Source: Anthoceros angustus (Eukaryota > Plantae > Anthocerotophyta). Taken from it: DNA of 64,000 bases. The translations under genes and the position numbers were made by a program. Where the stretch lies: positions 310,001 through 374,000 of the forward strand of contig VJWM01000178.1 of NCBI GenBank assembly GCA_010909165.1. Direction: 5' to 3'. A model generated the notes under the pieces. That model made no database searches. It saw only the letters and a program-made list of their open reading frames with translations, and was not told the DNA's origin. Within the stretch, counting starts at the first letter, position 1; each line of letters opens with the position of its first letter. Below, in pieces: positions 12,899 through 24,302 of this stretch.

Positions 12899-13917
12899 CG
12901 CTGTACGACCTGTAAGGCGCCCGTGGGGCACCGACCGGCTTGGTGGTCCGTGGCGCTAACAGAAGGGATACAGTCCTGGAATCCGAAGACTCAACAATTC
13001 CGCAGAAGTATGGCATCCACTAGGGTGGCTGGCATAGCTCCAACCGCAGTCGAGTGTTAGATACTGTGACGTCCGATGCCAAGAGTCCCGTCTTGCCACT
13101 TCTGACCACGTTGGAAGCATACTACAGCCCGCACCAAGGACAGCCCACTCGGCCACGGGAAACGCTGTGCCATGATTATACAGGGTCTCGAACCCCTAAC
13201 TCCAGCTAGTGATCAGTCGATCAGCCTCCGTCGGGAAGATGATAAACTTGCAGGCAAATTCCGGACAGAAATGCGGGGTCGTAGTGGCCCACGGTCGCCC
13301 AAGCGTCTGCATCGCATTCACGCAAAAGCTCCTTACGCCTGCTCGAGGAGCTCGATCAAACCTCCTTCACACAGGCGCGACCTTCCGAGAGCTTTGAGGC
13401 CAGCAATATCCCTGTCTCGATCATTCTGTGAATGTCCCAGACATTGTCACAGGCTCCGCAGTTTACCATCTGCGGCTACTCGTTCGATCCAAACCAGCAT
13501 GCCCTCCAATATTTATGCAAGCCCATGAGCTTTCTTCCACATTGCTCGTATACTTGCATAAAGTCCATTCACGATCAATCCACCGAGGAGTCGGTCCGGT
13601 CATCCCTGTCTTGATGATTGTGAGTTTTCATGTGTGAAACTTCTCAATGTGAGAGATCTTATGGCAGGAGACCTTACTTGAGCTCGTTCAAGGAAAACAC
13701 AAACGGTAGCCACAAGTTGATAAGAATGCATATGGTTTAGAATTAAGAATTATAGAGATAAAATGTTTGTCTAACAACTTAAGTTCTTGGGATGAGATGC
13801 TTCTCCTATTGGTACTTGTCTCAAATATTCTTGGCCCTTGGCAGGTTGTTTGGAATGGAGTGCATGTCCCAATTATGTACATTCATTCGTGGCCCTTAAC
13901 AGGTTGTTTGGAATGGA

Positions 13918-13935
13918 GTCCATGTCCCAATCATG
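13918..13935. repeat. Left copy of putative target-site duplication GTCCATGTCCCAATCATG
   Basis: Identical to 17499-17516. Confidence 0.75.
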
Positions 13936-16900
13936 AGGAAATATTTTATTGAGGTGAAAAACGATGGGAAAAGCCCATCAAGGAGGGGACAACCAAAGAG
14001 GACCAGGGGTCAAGGTGAAGAGGAGCAAATAAGCTCCCTACCTAAAGTCACCTACCGCACCCACAATGTCATATGCGGGAAGAATAAGCGGCACGCAAAC
14101 CACGGAGGTAGAGGAAGATGCGTCACCTACTGTCGCCGCCTTGTGGAGGATCGCCGTTGAGAGCGCCCGTTGAAGGGCAATTGAAACCCGTTGTCGGAAG
14201 TATGCTGTGAAGTACGAGAGGGACAGCCCCACACCGTGTCTATGTGCATGGTAAGCTTTGGCACAGGACTTGACAAATTTGTCAAAGTCCTCAGCCATTG
14301 CCCCATACGTTTCTAGTGCAAGCGGAATAAAGAGGTGGCCCGCTTGCATCCTGCAATATTTGCGGACCTTGAGAGCCGCCCGGCAGTTTCAACTCGGAGC
14401 TAGTGATGACCTGAGCGGAGATGGTGTCTCGTGTAGGATCGGTAACCACCACATCTGCCACCGAAACCTGGTCGCCACGGACAAGGTACAGGTCAGCCCT
14501 GATTGAACGACCTGTACGGAGAGTATACATCCGCTCCCTCCATGCCATGTAGCCGCTTTCGCGAGCGATGGCGAACATGACATCGCGGATGGCGTCGTGA
14601 GTGGCAATGCGATGACCCCCGTAGGGACAACGAGCAAGGTGTACCCCAGAATCATCGAGGGCAGAGCCGCACTCGCAAGTAAGGAGCGAAGAAGCCACGG
14701 CCTGGAAAAGGCCAAGACGGAATCGCATCGCAATAGTGAAGGTGGTTGGTGCGATGTGAAAACCCCGTATGCATGGGCGGGCCAGTAGCCAAGCACCTGC
14801 GCCCTTCCCAGAACAAGAGCGGAGCCGCGCTCTTGTGGACCTGGGGATGGAGGGGTCCTGGAGGGCGATCGAAAGCCGCCGAGCCGCCGAGCAGATGCTC
14901 GCAACCCCTCGAAACCATCAAGAATAAATGTCGAGAAAGGAGGGAAGTCCTTCCGAGCATCCACTGATAACATGTCCCTAGCTTGCCTCAAGGACGTTTG
15001 GAGAGAGAAGGTTCCCTCCTCCACACCTGATACGAGATCCTCTAGAAAGGGCCTATCATGGAGGATGAACCGAGAAGCCAAAGCAGGGGCAGAGAGGGCC
15101 CAACTGCCCAGAAAAGCCGCCGGGGAAGAGACCTCCAGAGAGTGCACTGCCTCCAAATTGCATGTAGGGACGCTGCTGCCGGGCCGACGCCATAGGGCAC
15201 TCAAAAGCCCCGAGCCTGTGGATGTCCCCGAGAGTATCCATAATCTTCCTATCAAACCGCCGGGACAAAAGTGTCGGGGACGGAGGCAGCGTACGGATGA
15301 GGTAACCAGGGCACCTAGCAAAACAGGAGGAAAGAATTCCAAAGGCCACCTGCATCCTCCAAAGAAAGGGAGGTCCTCGACATGGGAGAGGTCCTCGACA
15401 TGGGAGAGGTCCAGAAGCTCCGATGAAGTCGGGAACCGGGGACCCCTAGAACTGCAGCCCCAGAGCCGAGCAATCTCCCTGGAAATTGCAAAGTAGGTAG
15501 AATCCCAGCGGAGACGGACAGCACTTGGGCTTGACCTTCAAGCCCACCAGAAGCTCATGAGAGAAGAGCTCAAAGGCCTCCTTAACTTTGTCCCTGTGCC
15601 CGAGGATGTGAGAGTCGCCGCCACAAGGGAAGACACAAGGCTGAGAGGCGGCCCTAGATAGGGCCCTATAGTGAGCAATGGCGAAGAGAGCACCGCCTAG
15701 GGGTCGCCTTGCACAGTACATGGCCGATTCCAAGACAGACAAGAACTCAAGAGACGCTCTGGCCGGTAGTAGAGGTTGGAGGACCTCCGTAGAAGCACCG
15801 GACAAAAGGTATAAGGCTCCCAGGCGCCGACATCCCTAAGCTCCTCAAGATGACGCCCTAGAGATGGTATTGAAGGCGTTCTCGACATCAACTCAGAAGA
15901 CCACCCACCCGGTGGGTATCAAGGCATGCCTTCACTCCAAGCACCATGCACTCACACCGAGTGGCAATGCCAAATTGAAGGGGTTGAGGTGTCAAGAAGA
16001 GAGGCATCAAGGGCAATAGTGCCGAGTAGTCGCATGAAGGCTTCCCGACCGCGAGTGGGCGACGCCTGAGTCGCTTGTCCATAGCGACAAGCCGCTAGCC
16101 GCAAGAACATGGGAAATCCGGTGGGCGTCTCACCGAGCCACCGCAGCGCCGAGAAAAGAGCTGGGAAGCCGCTAGATGGATCTTCGGGAGAAAAAGGTCC
16201 CCGAGGTGTTCAAACACCATTCCCGACAACCGGCGGATGAAAGACGGGGTCGAGAGAGCCAGAGCAAAAGCCGCCCGATCCAGAGAAGGGATCCTCCGGA
16301 CGAGTCGATATGTCCGGGGATGGCATCCTTGGGAGCCGGATGGAGGCACGAGGGCAACAATGGTCTCCTCGAGGCGGGGGCTAGGGAGGGTCGAAGAGCC
16401 ACAGCGTATGACATACTCACCGCTCGCCAAGCCTTGCAACGACGCAGTTGGTTGCATTACCCGGACTGCTAACCGGCCGGCGCGGATTCCGCCCGAGCCT
16501 TGGCAAAGACGCAAAGCCTCCTCACGGAGGGATGCCCATACCACCAAAGCCAAGACGGCTAGCAACTTCCGGTGCCCAGGCCCCACCCCGAACAGAAGGC
16601 ACCACCGGGAGAAGGTGAGAAGGCCAAGCTAACTCGTCCTTGGGATCGGCGCAAGGCGATCAAGGGAAGACAACGCCAAACGGCATCATCATGAAGGTGG
16701 CGGGGAGCTGCGGAAGATCTTGCGGGCATGGAAGCGGGTTTCAAACATCCCAAGTATGTGATCCGGTGACCCGCAACCATTCCTGTGAAGAGAGAGGTAC
16801 CCCACGATGGAATCGACGCCGAGCTCGTGACCGCGGAACCGGAGGAGGTCGTAATGTGCACTTGGGCAGCCAAGTAGTCCGGTCGAAATCTTTATGCATG

Positions 16901-17498
16901 TGCCCAATGTGGGTTTCACCCCTTGACACCGCAGAGAGTTGAGCATGACAGACACTCCTCCCACCACAGGAGGTGTAGACCGCCCCATTGGGAAGGGTAC
17001 TAAAAGAACCCATAAGCGCCCGGTCGGAGGCGGCAGGGCCGAGGAGGTACCGGGACCGGGACAAAATGACCCCCTTTTACCGGACATACGGAGTGTGAGT
17101 CTGTGATGGCGAACCCCAAAAGGCCGGCCAAGAGCTCGCCTAGAGGGACCGCAACCCACGTAACCACTGCCGACCCACCAAACTAGCGCCCGCACCTGCA
17201 ACTCGCAACTTAAAAGCTGGGGGTAGGAAATCCACCAGGTACCGAAAAGGAACTGAACAAAATTGGGAAAAAATAAATTCCCACCGCCACCGCAGCAACA
17301 CACGACGCCGCAACTCCGGTGGCACACTAGCGTGAACCCGGGCCCCACCTGGAGCCGTAGGCAACCAGTGGCTACTCCGCACTGTCACTGGACTCGCCAA
17401 CCCGCCCACCCTACCTCCCGGAGGCACACCTACCACTGGGCAGGCCTTGCCTCGTGCCCGGACAGCCTCAAGATCCCTAAGTGGCTCGTCAAGTCGTG
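13936..17498 (-). mobile_element. CRE-like non-LTR retrotransposon (RT plus restriction-like endonuclease), frameshifted
   Basis: RT pieces PLQFG, NAFNTISR, QGDPLGGALFAIAH, [A]DxHILG, GLKV; C-terminal CECG..D..G.H..C, THDAIRD, RADL, DVVVTDP, KVRKY, FIPLALETYG, RVSIALQRA; AATAAA near the 3' end; 18-bp flanking direct repeat. Confidence 0.85.
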
Positions 17499-17516
17499 GT
17501 CCATGTCCCAATCATG
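17499..17516. repeat. Right copy of putative target-site duplication GTCCATGTCCCAATCATG
   Basis: Identical to 13918-13935. Confidence 0.75.
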
Positions 17517-19030
17517 CACGTTGTGACTCATTTTAGTGGGCTAGAATGGATGTAAGTTTCTTTGATCTCAGATTAACTAACCCACTCGCTTGAATCTTTT
17601 CACCTACATTTTTTTTGTTTTAGCAAATTTTTTCACATACACTTCGTATCATATTTTTCATTTTTTATATTAAAAATCCTATTTTCTGGACTTCATTTAG
17701 TTTTTCCTAAAGATTTTATTAATATTTTTTTCAAGAAAAAATGTCCATGTCAAATTCAATGAAACGGGCCATCCATCATATGCGGGGCTCGAGTTTATAG
17801 CCAGAAACTTGGATTCACTTTTGTAAGTGGCTCGTCAAGTCGTGGTCCGATGTCCGGGGTCCTAAAACGCATTGCTACCTAGTGACCCGTCCCCCGCCTG
17901 CCTAAATCTTTTTCAGCTGCACTAGTCGATAAATGCTCACTGACTTAGGAAAAAAGAGAACTTAGAATGGTGATTGACTTATATTAGTATGGAATTTCAT
18001 CTAGAGGGGTGATTGGTTTACAATACTATATAACTTATGGAAAAAAAATTGTCTGTCACCGAAACGGTTTCGGATCAACATTTAGCCATCAGCGCATCAC
18101 ACAAGCAATATCGCCAAGTCATTCTGTCATGGCGAGTTCGGGCTAACACATGCGACTTGTCCCCCGTACATAACTTATATCAGCGCCAATTTTAACATCT
18201 TAATTGTGTAAATCGTCCCAGTTTGCCTAGGCGCACTAGCTTCGATCAGGCGTAGCCTTCAACGTGAGATCCCCCTTTTAGTTCAACATGAGCTTTGTAA
18301 GGAGCAAAATAGTACCACCAGATGAGAAATGATAAAGGCAACAGAAGATGTGTAGAGTCCTCATAAGCAACAAAATAGTGCCACAACATAGCAAATAAAA
18401 AAGGCAACAGAAGATGTGTAGATGGCTTATCATCAGAGTCTAGGGAAGAAGGTTGATCATCATAGTGTAGGGAAGAGAATTCGAAAGGACAAACTGGCTA
18501 AACACAGACACTGCATGCTAAAATGTGATGGCAGTGCCATATTTCAAATATGTTCTACCGAAAAGCTAAAGCAAGGTGGGGCAACCATGAGAATATTGTT
18601 TTCGGCTTATATAGTACGGTCGAGTGTAGCACTAAAGAAGTCATCTCATCTCCGAAGGGAACCTTACTTCCGAAGTCGTGTAATCTTAGGCACACACATC
18701 AAAATCTAGAAGATGTTGAGCACTAATTAGGACTGAAGATTGACTTGCTTTGATGCTAATTAAGAAAGAACTGTTTGAGATTCGTAATCGCAACAAAACG
18801 ACTGATTTGTTGTGGGTCATGTAGCGGTTCCCGAAGACGATGGGCGTCCTTCAGCACGGATAGTTTTGGGCAATCTTGGTGTACACTTTATATGCATTTA
18901 ATTAGGGCTTTTTATTTGTAGAACATGGTTATTTTTAGAAGCTTTATGGGACGTGGTTAGTTTTAAAAGCTTTATGGGACGTGCTTAGTTTAAGAAGCTG
19001 CAACCAAAGAGGTGCAGTCTATTTTTGCTT

Positions 19031-19370
19031 GTATCTTTAGATTTTGCATAGGAAAGTGACTTCGAAATTTCCAAAATTTTTATGTGGGTTTGACCTGGCA
19101 TGAGTGTATTAAATCTGGCGTGTGTCATGTACCTTAAAACAAAGAACTGTGGCTATGTAGGGGATGTGATGCTGTATTTCTGAAAAAAAACCTTTGGCCA
19201 TAATTGGCACGATAAGTATTCGTATCTTTAGATTTTGCATAGGAAAGTCACTTGGAAAATTTCGTACGGGTTTAACCTGACGAGTGTACTAAATCTGGCG
19301 TGTATCATGTACCTTGAAACAATTTCAATAACCGTGGCTATGTAGGGGGTGTGATGCTGTGTTTCTGAAA
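19031..19370. repeat. Diverged direct duplication of ~150 bp, period ~191 bp
   Basis: GTATCTTTAGATTTTGCATAGGAAAGT...CTGGCGTGT.TCATGTACCTT...GTGGCTATGTAGGGG.TGTGATGCTGT.TTTCTGAAA at 19031 and 19222. Confidence 0.85.
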
Positions 19371-19932
19371 ATTACTAGGTAGGTAACCAATTGTGCATCT
19401 CAATTTCTCTTGCGCGTCCTCTGCTGGTCCCAATTTGGTAATTGGAGGGTAATGTAGTCGGCTGTGCGTTTCCAAACAAGTTCGTCCAAACTCCCTCCAA
19501 ATCAATTCCTTCAGCTTCGTCCATTGCATCGCTGGAAGGACCAATTGCTTTCGACTCCTCAACTGTGGAGATCTGTGCAAGCTCCTTCGCCAAGTTCTTC
19601 GTTATACCACTTGTGTTCTTCCCGATGGAGAACTTGGGGACCTTGACACCGCCAGTTCGTGACACACAAGCTTTTAAGGAGAGTTGCACAAAGATCCTGC
19701 ACCATGGTATTCTGTCTAGGCAGCAATGCCTGCAATCACCGATCCATTGAACGCACGATCTGCTGGAAATCCTCCACCAGGTCCGCCTCTACCGCCTTTG
19801 GTCACACCATGAAAGGAGCAACCGAATTGCAATTCGGGTCTGTCCGCTTCGTGGGATGCCAGGCCACATACAAAGAACCCCCGTTGGGCTAGAACCCGGT
19901 GAAGTGAGAACAAAGTCGAAAAGCCAGCTTGG

Positions 19933-22704
19933 ATGCTGGCGGTTCTGGACGTGCAGATGGGTGGTCCAGCCCGAACAACCAGCTGCACCGTGTTTTGTCG
20001 TGACCTTCCCAGGCCTGCAGGGTACGATGGGGCAACAAAGGTTGAAACCATGAAGAAGCTATGTGACCAGGGGCTGCTGAATGAGGCTGTTGAGGCTCTG
20101 GGAGTTCTGGTGCAGACCCACGTACCCTTTTCTCGATCTCTCCTTTATGGTGTTGTGAAAAGATGTGTGGTTGAGAAGGACCTCGTCCTGGGTCGCCGTG
20201 TCCATGCTCTCACGGTGAGAGAGGGGTATGGGTCGGACACGTTCTTGTGCAACCACGTCGTGAGAATGTATGCGTCTCATGCCAGGTTGCAGGAAGCAAT
20301 GGAGTTGTTCAGGGTGATGGCCGAACCAGATGCCTTCACGTGGTCTGCCATAATTTCCGCTCATGTTGAACATGGACAAGATCGGCAGGCTATAGAGCTG
20401 TATTACCAGATGCGCAGGTCAAGCGTGAAGCCAGACGGCCATGTGTTTGTGGCAGCCCTTCAGGCCTGTGCAAGGGGAGCAGACTTGGAAACCGGACAGC
20501 AGGTGCATGCTGATCTGTTGGCCAGTGGGGTTGAGCGTCATTTGTTTGTGTGTAATAGCCTGGTAGACATGTATGCAAAGTGTGGCAGCTTGGAAGACGC
20601 TGAAGCAGTGTTTAATGAAATTGGTCAAAAAGACGTTGTGACATGGAATACCATGATAGCAGGATATTCTCAGAAGGGCATGGGCCAGGACGCCCTTCGT
20701 CTTTTCAGGGATATGCTGAAGGGAGACGTTATTGCACCTACTTCTGTGACATTTGTGTGCGTCCTGCAGGCGTGTGCAAGTGTGGGTGGTCCAGCTTTGG
20801 AGAAGGGGAGGCAGCTTCATGCACAGATTCGAGAACAGGGGTTTCAGGCCGATGTGGTTGTCGGTTGCAGCTTGGTAAACATGTATGCGAAGTGTGGCAG
20901 CTTGGAAGATGCTCGAAGAGTGTTCAACAAGCTTGGTAAAAAAAATGTGGTAACATGGAATGCTATGATAGCTGGATACTCACAGCAGGGCATGGGCCAG
21001 GAAGCCCTGCATCTTTACAGTGCCATGAGGGAAGAAGGCACTGCTGCACCTGATTCTGTGACATTTGTGTGCCTTCTGCAGGCATGTGCAAGTGTGGGCA
21101 CCCCAGCTTTGGAGAAGGGCAGGCAGCTTCATCAACAGATCAGAGAGCAAGAACACGAACATGATGTGTTTGTAAGCAACAGTTTGGTAAACATGTATGC
21201 AAAGTGTGGCAGCTTAGTGGATGCTCAAGTTGTGTTTGACGGGCTTGATCATAAAGATGTGGTGACGTGGACAGCTCTTATAGCAGGCTATTCCCAGCAG
21301 GGAATGGGCCTGGAAACCCTTCACCTTTACAGTGCCATGCAAGACGAAGGATTAGCTATCCCCAATGCTGTGACATTCGTGTGCCTCCTGCAGGCTTGTG
21401 CGAGTGTGGGTGCGTGGGCGTTGGAGAAGGGGAAGCAGCTTCATGCACAAGTTAGAGAACTAGGTCATGAAGATTATGTGTATATAGCCAACAATCTGAT
21501 CAGCATGTATGTCAAATGTGGCAGCTTGGAGGATGCGCTGGGTGTGTTTGGCGGACTTGAAGTTGGTCAAAAAGACATAGTTACGTGGAATGCCATGATA
21601 GCAGGGTATTCCCAGCAGGGGATGGGGCAGGAAGCCCTTCGTCTTTACAGCACAATGCTAGCGGAAGGCAGAGCTGCCCCCAATTCTGTGACATTTGTGT
21701 GCCTCCTGCAGGCATGTGCAAATGTGGCAGCTCTTGATCTGGGAAAGCAGCTTCATGCACAGATCCAAGAACAAGGTCTTCAAGTTGACGCGCATTTAGC
21801 GGTCAGTTTGATAAACATGTATGCAAAGTCTGGCAGCACTGTGGATGCGCAGCGGGTGTTTCAGATGTTGCCTGAAAAAGACGCAGTTGCCTGGAATGCT
21901 CTGCTTGCTGGCTATGCCCGTCAAGGCGAGAGTGACTTGGTGTTTTCCTTGTTTCACAGAATGAGAGAGGATGGCATACAGCCAGACAACATCACTTTCC
22001 TCAATGTCCTAGCAGTATGCAGTCATGCTGGCTTAGTGAACCAGGGGCGAGAGTACTTTGAGTCAATGAGCAGGCACTATGGCATCACTCCCACGGCAGA
22101 GCACTACGCATGCATGGTGGATCTCCTGGGTCGTGCAGGCCAAGTGGATGAGGCACTAACTTTGGTAAGGGCACTGCCTGTACTACCTAATGCTTCAGTT
22201 TGGCACACACTACTAGCTGCTTGTCAGAAGTGGAGCAACGTGGAGGTGGGACGCCAGGCCTTCGACGAAGCAGTGAAGCAAAACAGTAAAGACACTTCAG
22301 CGTATGTTTTGATGTCGAACATATACACTGGTGCCCAGATGTGGGAGGAGGCTCAGGACATGCAGGCAAGGAGAAAAGGAATGGGTGCCTGGAAGCAGCC
22401 AGGACAGAGCTGGTGGACTGACATAGACGGAGTGGTGCATACTTTTTTGGTTGGGGATCAAAAGCACCCCGAGTCTGACGATATTTATGCAATGCTGAGA
22501 CAGCTTTCTTCATCAGAGATGTTCGCCACTGACAAGTCGCACACCTTTTTTTCTTCAGATGGAAGAAAGGTGTGCAACTTGTTAGCAGCAAACATATCTG
22601 ATGGAGAAGTGGAAGGTTTGGGCCAGCAAAGGGAGAAGCTGACTAATGCTCAGGGTCTAAACAAGCAAACCAGAGGCGAGCCGAATGCTTACACAATACT
22701 GTGA
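19933..22704 (+). CDS. PLS-class pentatricopeptide repeat RNA-editing factor with E1/E2 and a degenerate DYW:WW-type domain, single exon
   Basis: Repeated NSLVxMYAKCGSLEDA..VF / DVVTWNAMIAGYSQ / P..VTFVCLLQACA triplets; HYACMVDLLGRAG, WHTLLAAC, AYVLMSNIY, PGQSWW, HTFLVGDQKHPE. Confidence 0.95.
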   Translation: MLAVLDVQMGGPARTTSCTVFCRDLPRPAGYDGATKVETMKKLCDQGLLNEAVEALGVLVQTHVPFSRSLLYGVVKRCVVEKDLVLGRRVHALTVREGYGSDTFLCNHVVRMYASHARLQEAMELFRVMAEPDAFTWSAIISAHVEHGQDRQAIELYYQMRRSSVKPDGHVFVAALQACARGADLETGQQVHADLLASGVERHLFVCNSLVDMYAKCGSLEDAEAVFNEIGQKDVVTWNTMIAGYSQKGMGQDALRLFRDMLKGDVIAPTSVTFVCVLQACASVGGPALEKGRQLHAQIREQGFQADVVVGCSLVNMYAKCGSLEDARRVFNKLGKKNVVTWNAMIAGYSQQGMGQEALHLYSAMREEGTAAPDSVTFVCLLQACASVGTPALEKGRQLHQQIREQEHEHDVFVSNSLVNMYAKCGSLVDAQVVFDGLDHKDVVTWTALIAGYSQQGMGLETLHLYSAMQDEGLAIPNAVTFVCLLQACASVGAWALEKGKQLHAQVRELGHEDYVYIANNLISMYVKCGSLEDALGVFGGLEVGQKDIVTWNAMIAGYSQQGMGQEALRLYSTMLAEGRAAPNSVTFVCLLQACANVAALDLGKQLHAQIQEQGLQVDAHLAVSLINMYAKSGSTVDAQRVFQMLPEKDAVAWNALLAGYARQGESDLVFSLFHRMREDGIQPDNITFLNVLAVCSHAGLVNQGREYFESMSRHYGITPTAEHYACMVDLLGRAGQVDEALTLVRALPVLPNASVWHTLLAACQKWSNVEVGRQAFDEAVKQNSKDTSAYVLMSNIYTGAQMWEEAQDMQARRKGMGAWKQPGQSWWTDIDGVVHTFLVGDQKHPESDDIYAMLRQLSSSEMFATDKSHTFFSSDGRKVCNLLAANISDGEVEGLGQQREKLTNAQGLNKQTRGEPNAYTIL

Positions 22705-22803
22705 AAAGTTTTGCGGGTTTGTTTTGAATGTCACTTCCTGTCTATATCTCGGGAGTACAACAGGCAGTCTCATGTATTTTACATGACCATCTTCTGTTGC
22801 TAG
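22705..22803 (+). pseudogene. In-frame DYW deaminase remnant beyond the PPR stop codon
   Basis: The same frame continues after TGA as KVLRVCFECHFLSISREYNRQSHVF..., matching KNLRVCxDCH..ISK...FHxF. Confidence 0.75.
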
Positions 22804-24039
22804 CCTCTATCCCTAAGGGCCTGAAGAGTTGACAGAGATGACCTGTCCAGAGACCTACTGTCTTCGTGGCACGAAGATTTGGGATGACCCGGGCCGTGGA
22901 ACTGCTAGAGAACTCATCTCACCTGCCTCCACATCATCTGCAGGACCGGACAATCATCCAGGAGAGCCGAAACACAGACATACTACTCACTAGGATAACC
23001 CCTTGGTGAAACTGTTGTTGACCCATCTTTTCTTGGTAACCTTGCACGAGTTCCCTATATCTGGAGACGGATGACGATGGACATTTGATATCATGTCAAA
23101 GGACTGATCCTATACTCGTAAACCCAGGTTATCATCCCGCTTATTTGAATGTGCATAACAGCTTGATCTGCCACCCTGCAAATGAACCATGATGATGCTT
23201 GGCACATAAACCCTAAGGCTACAAGTCTATTTTTCACACTGCTTCTGCGGCCTACATTCTGTTACATCACTTTGGATGCTTTCATAACGTAGTACAAAAC
23301 CACACCACAAGAAAAAAAAAAGGAGAACTTTAACTGGCACCATAATTCTGGGACATAAGCTGTCACAAATGTCACACGGGTATACCTACATACACTCAGC
23401 TTCGGCTGAAGTGATCCACTCCATACATCGATCATCGTTACACCGGGTGCACACATTTTCCATTGTGTACGGGTGAAAAATGGAATGCAAACCAACACCC
23501 GAAGGAAATCGATGCTATCTCGTGCCAATCAACGGCAACGTCGTCATTCGTAGGCAAAGGGACGGACGGAGAACTTGACGAGTTGGGTCTGGCGTGCCTG
23601 ACGGATCAGTCTCACGGCAAAATCCGTTATTAGTGGACTTCAACTAAATTCGAAGTCGCTAGTTCCTTCTGTTGTTCGGGTTCAGCCCGCACGAACAGGT
23701 TCTGCCAGTCAATGAAATGATCAAATCAGTCACCCATTAATACAATCCCGGGCAAGTTCACTCGGCACGAACAGTCGTTGGCTAAGTACAACCTGCCTTG
23801 CCTTCTGAACCTCACAATTCTGCATGGCACGAGCTTAATTGAACCGAGCCTGTAGATTTCCTTCCTCAAGTGTGAATGTGCCAGATCCGTTCACAAGATG
23901 AAGGAAACTGCGTTCACCACCAGCTCTAAAGTACGATGCCCGCACTGCAGAGTAGAAGAGAACGAAGGCCTCTGGTCAGGAGTCCATATACAACGCAATC
24001 ATAAACGTACCCAACTTTCATCTATGGAAGAGAGGGAAG

Positions 24040-24085
24040 GAAGAGGGAAGGGAATGGAAGGGAAGGGAATGGAAGGGAAGGGAAA
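24040..24085. repeat. Purine-rich simple repeat (GGAAGGGAAT/GGAAG)n
   Basis: ggaagagggaagggaatggaagggaagggaatggaagggaagggaaag. Confidence 0.8.
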
Positions 24086-24302
24086 GAGAGCCGAAGAGAG
24101 GGAGCTCAGGTTCAAAGAACTACCAGCTTCCTTCCTCTTTCTTCCCTCCTCTTCTCTTCTGCCAGATAGTGACCAAGGGGTGTCCAGAGTCAGGTAAGGT
24201 CTGAAGGCTTCCTGTACCTCTACTCTGGAGTGCAATCCCTTCTTGTTGTTTCAGCTGTTCATGTCCGACTGGAATGCACTTGATAGATCATCAACATTCA
24301 CT

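Noticed and set aside
19338-19900. Short ORFs upstream of the PPR gene as a possible transposase fragment
   Set aside because: No recognisable catalytic motif in any frame.
23185-23815. Telo-box plus C/D-box-like words suggesting a snoRNA cluster
   Set aside because: Imperfect C box, no terminal stem and no convincing rRNA-complementary guide.
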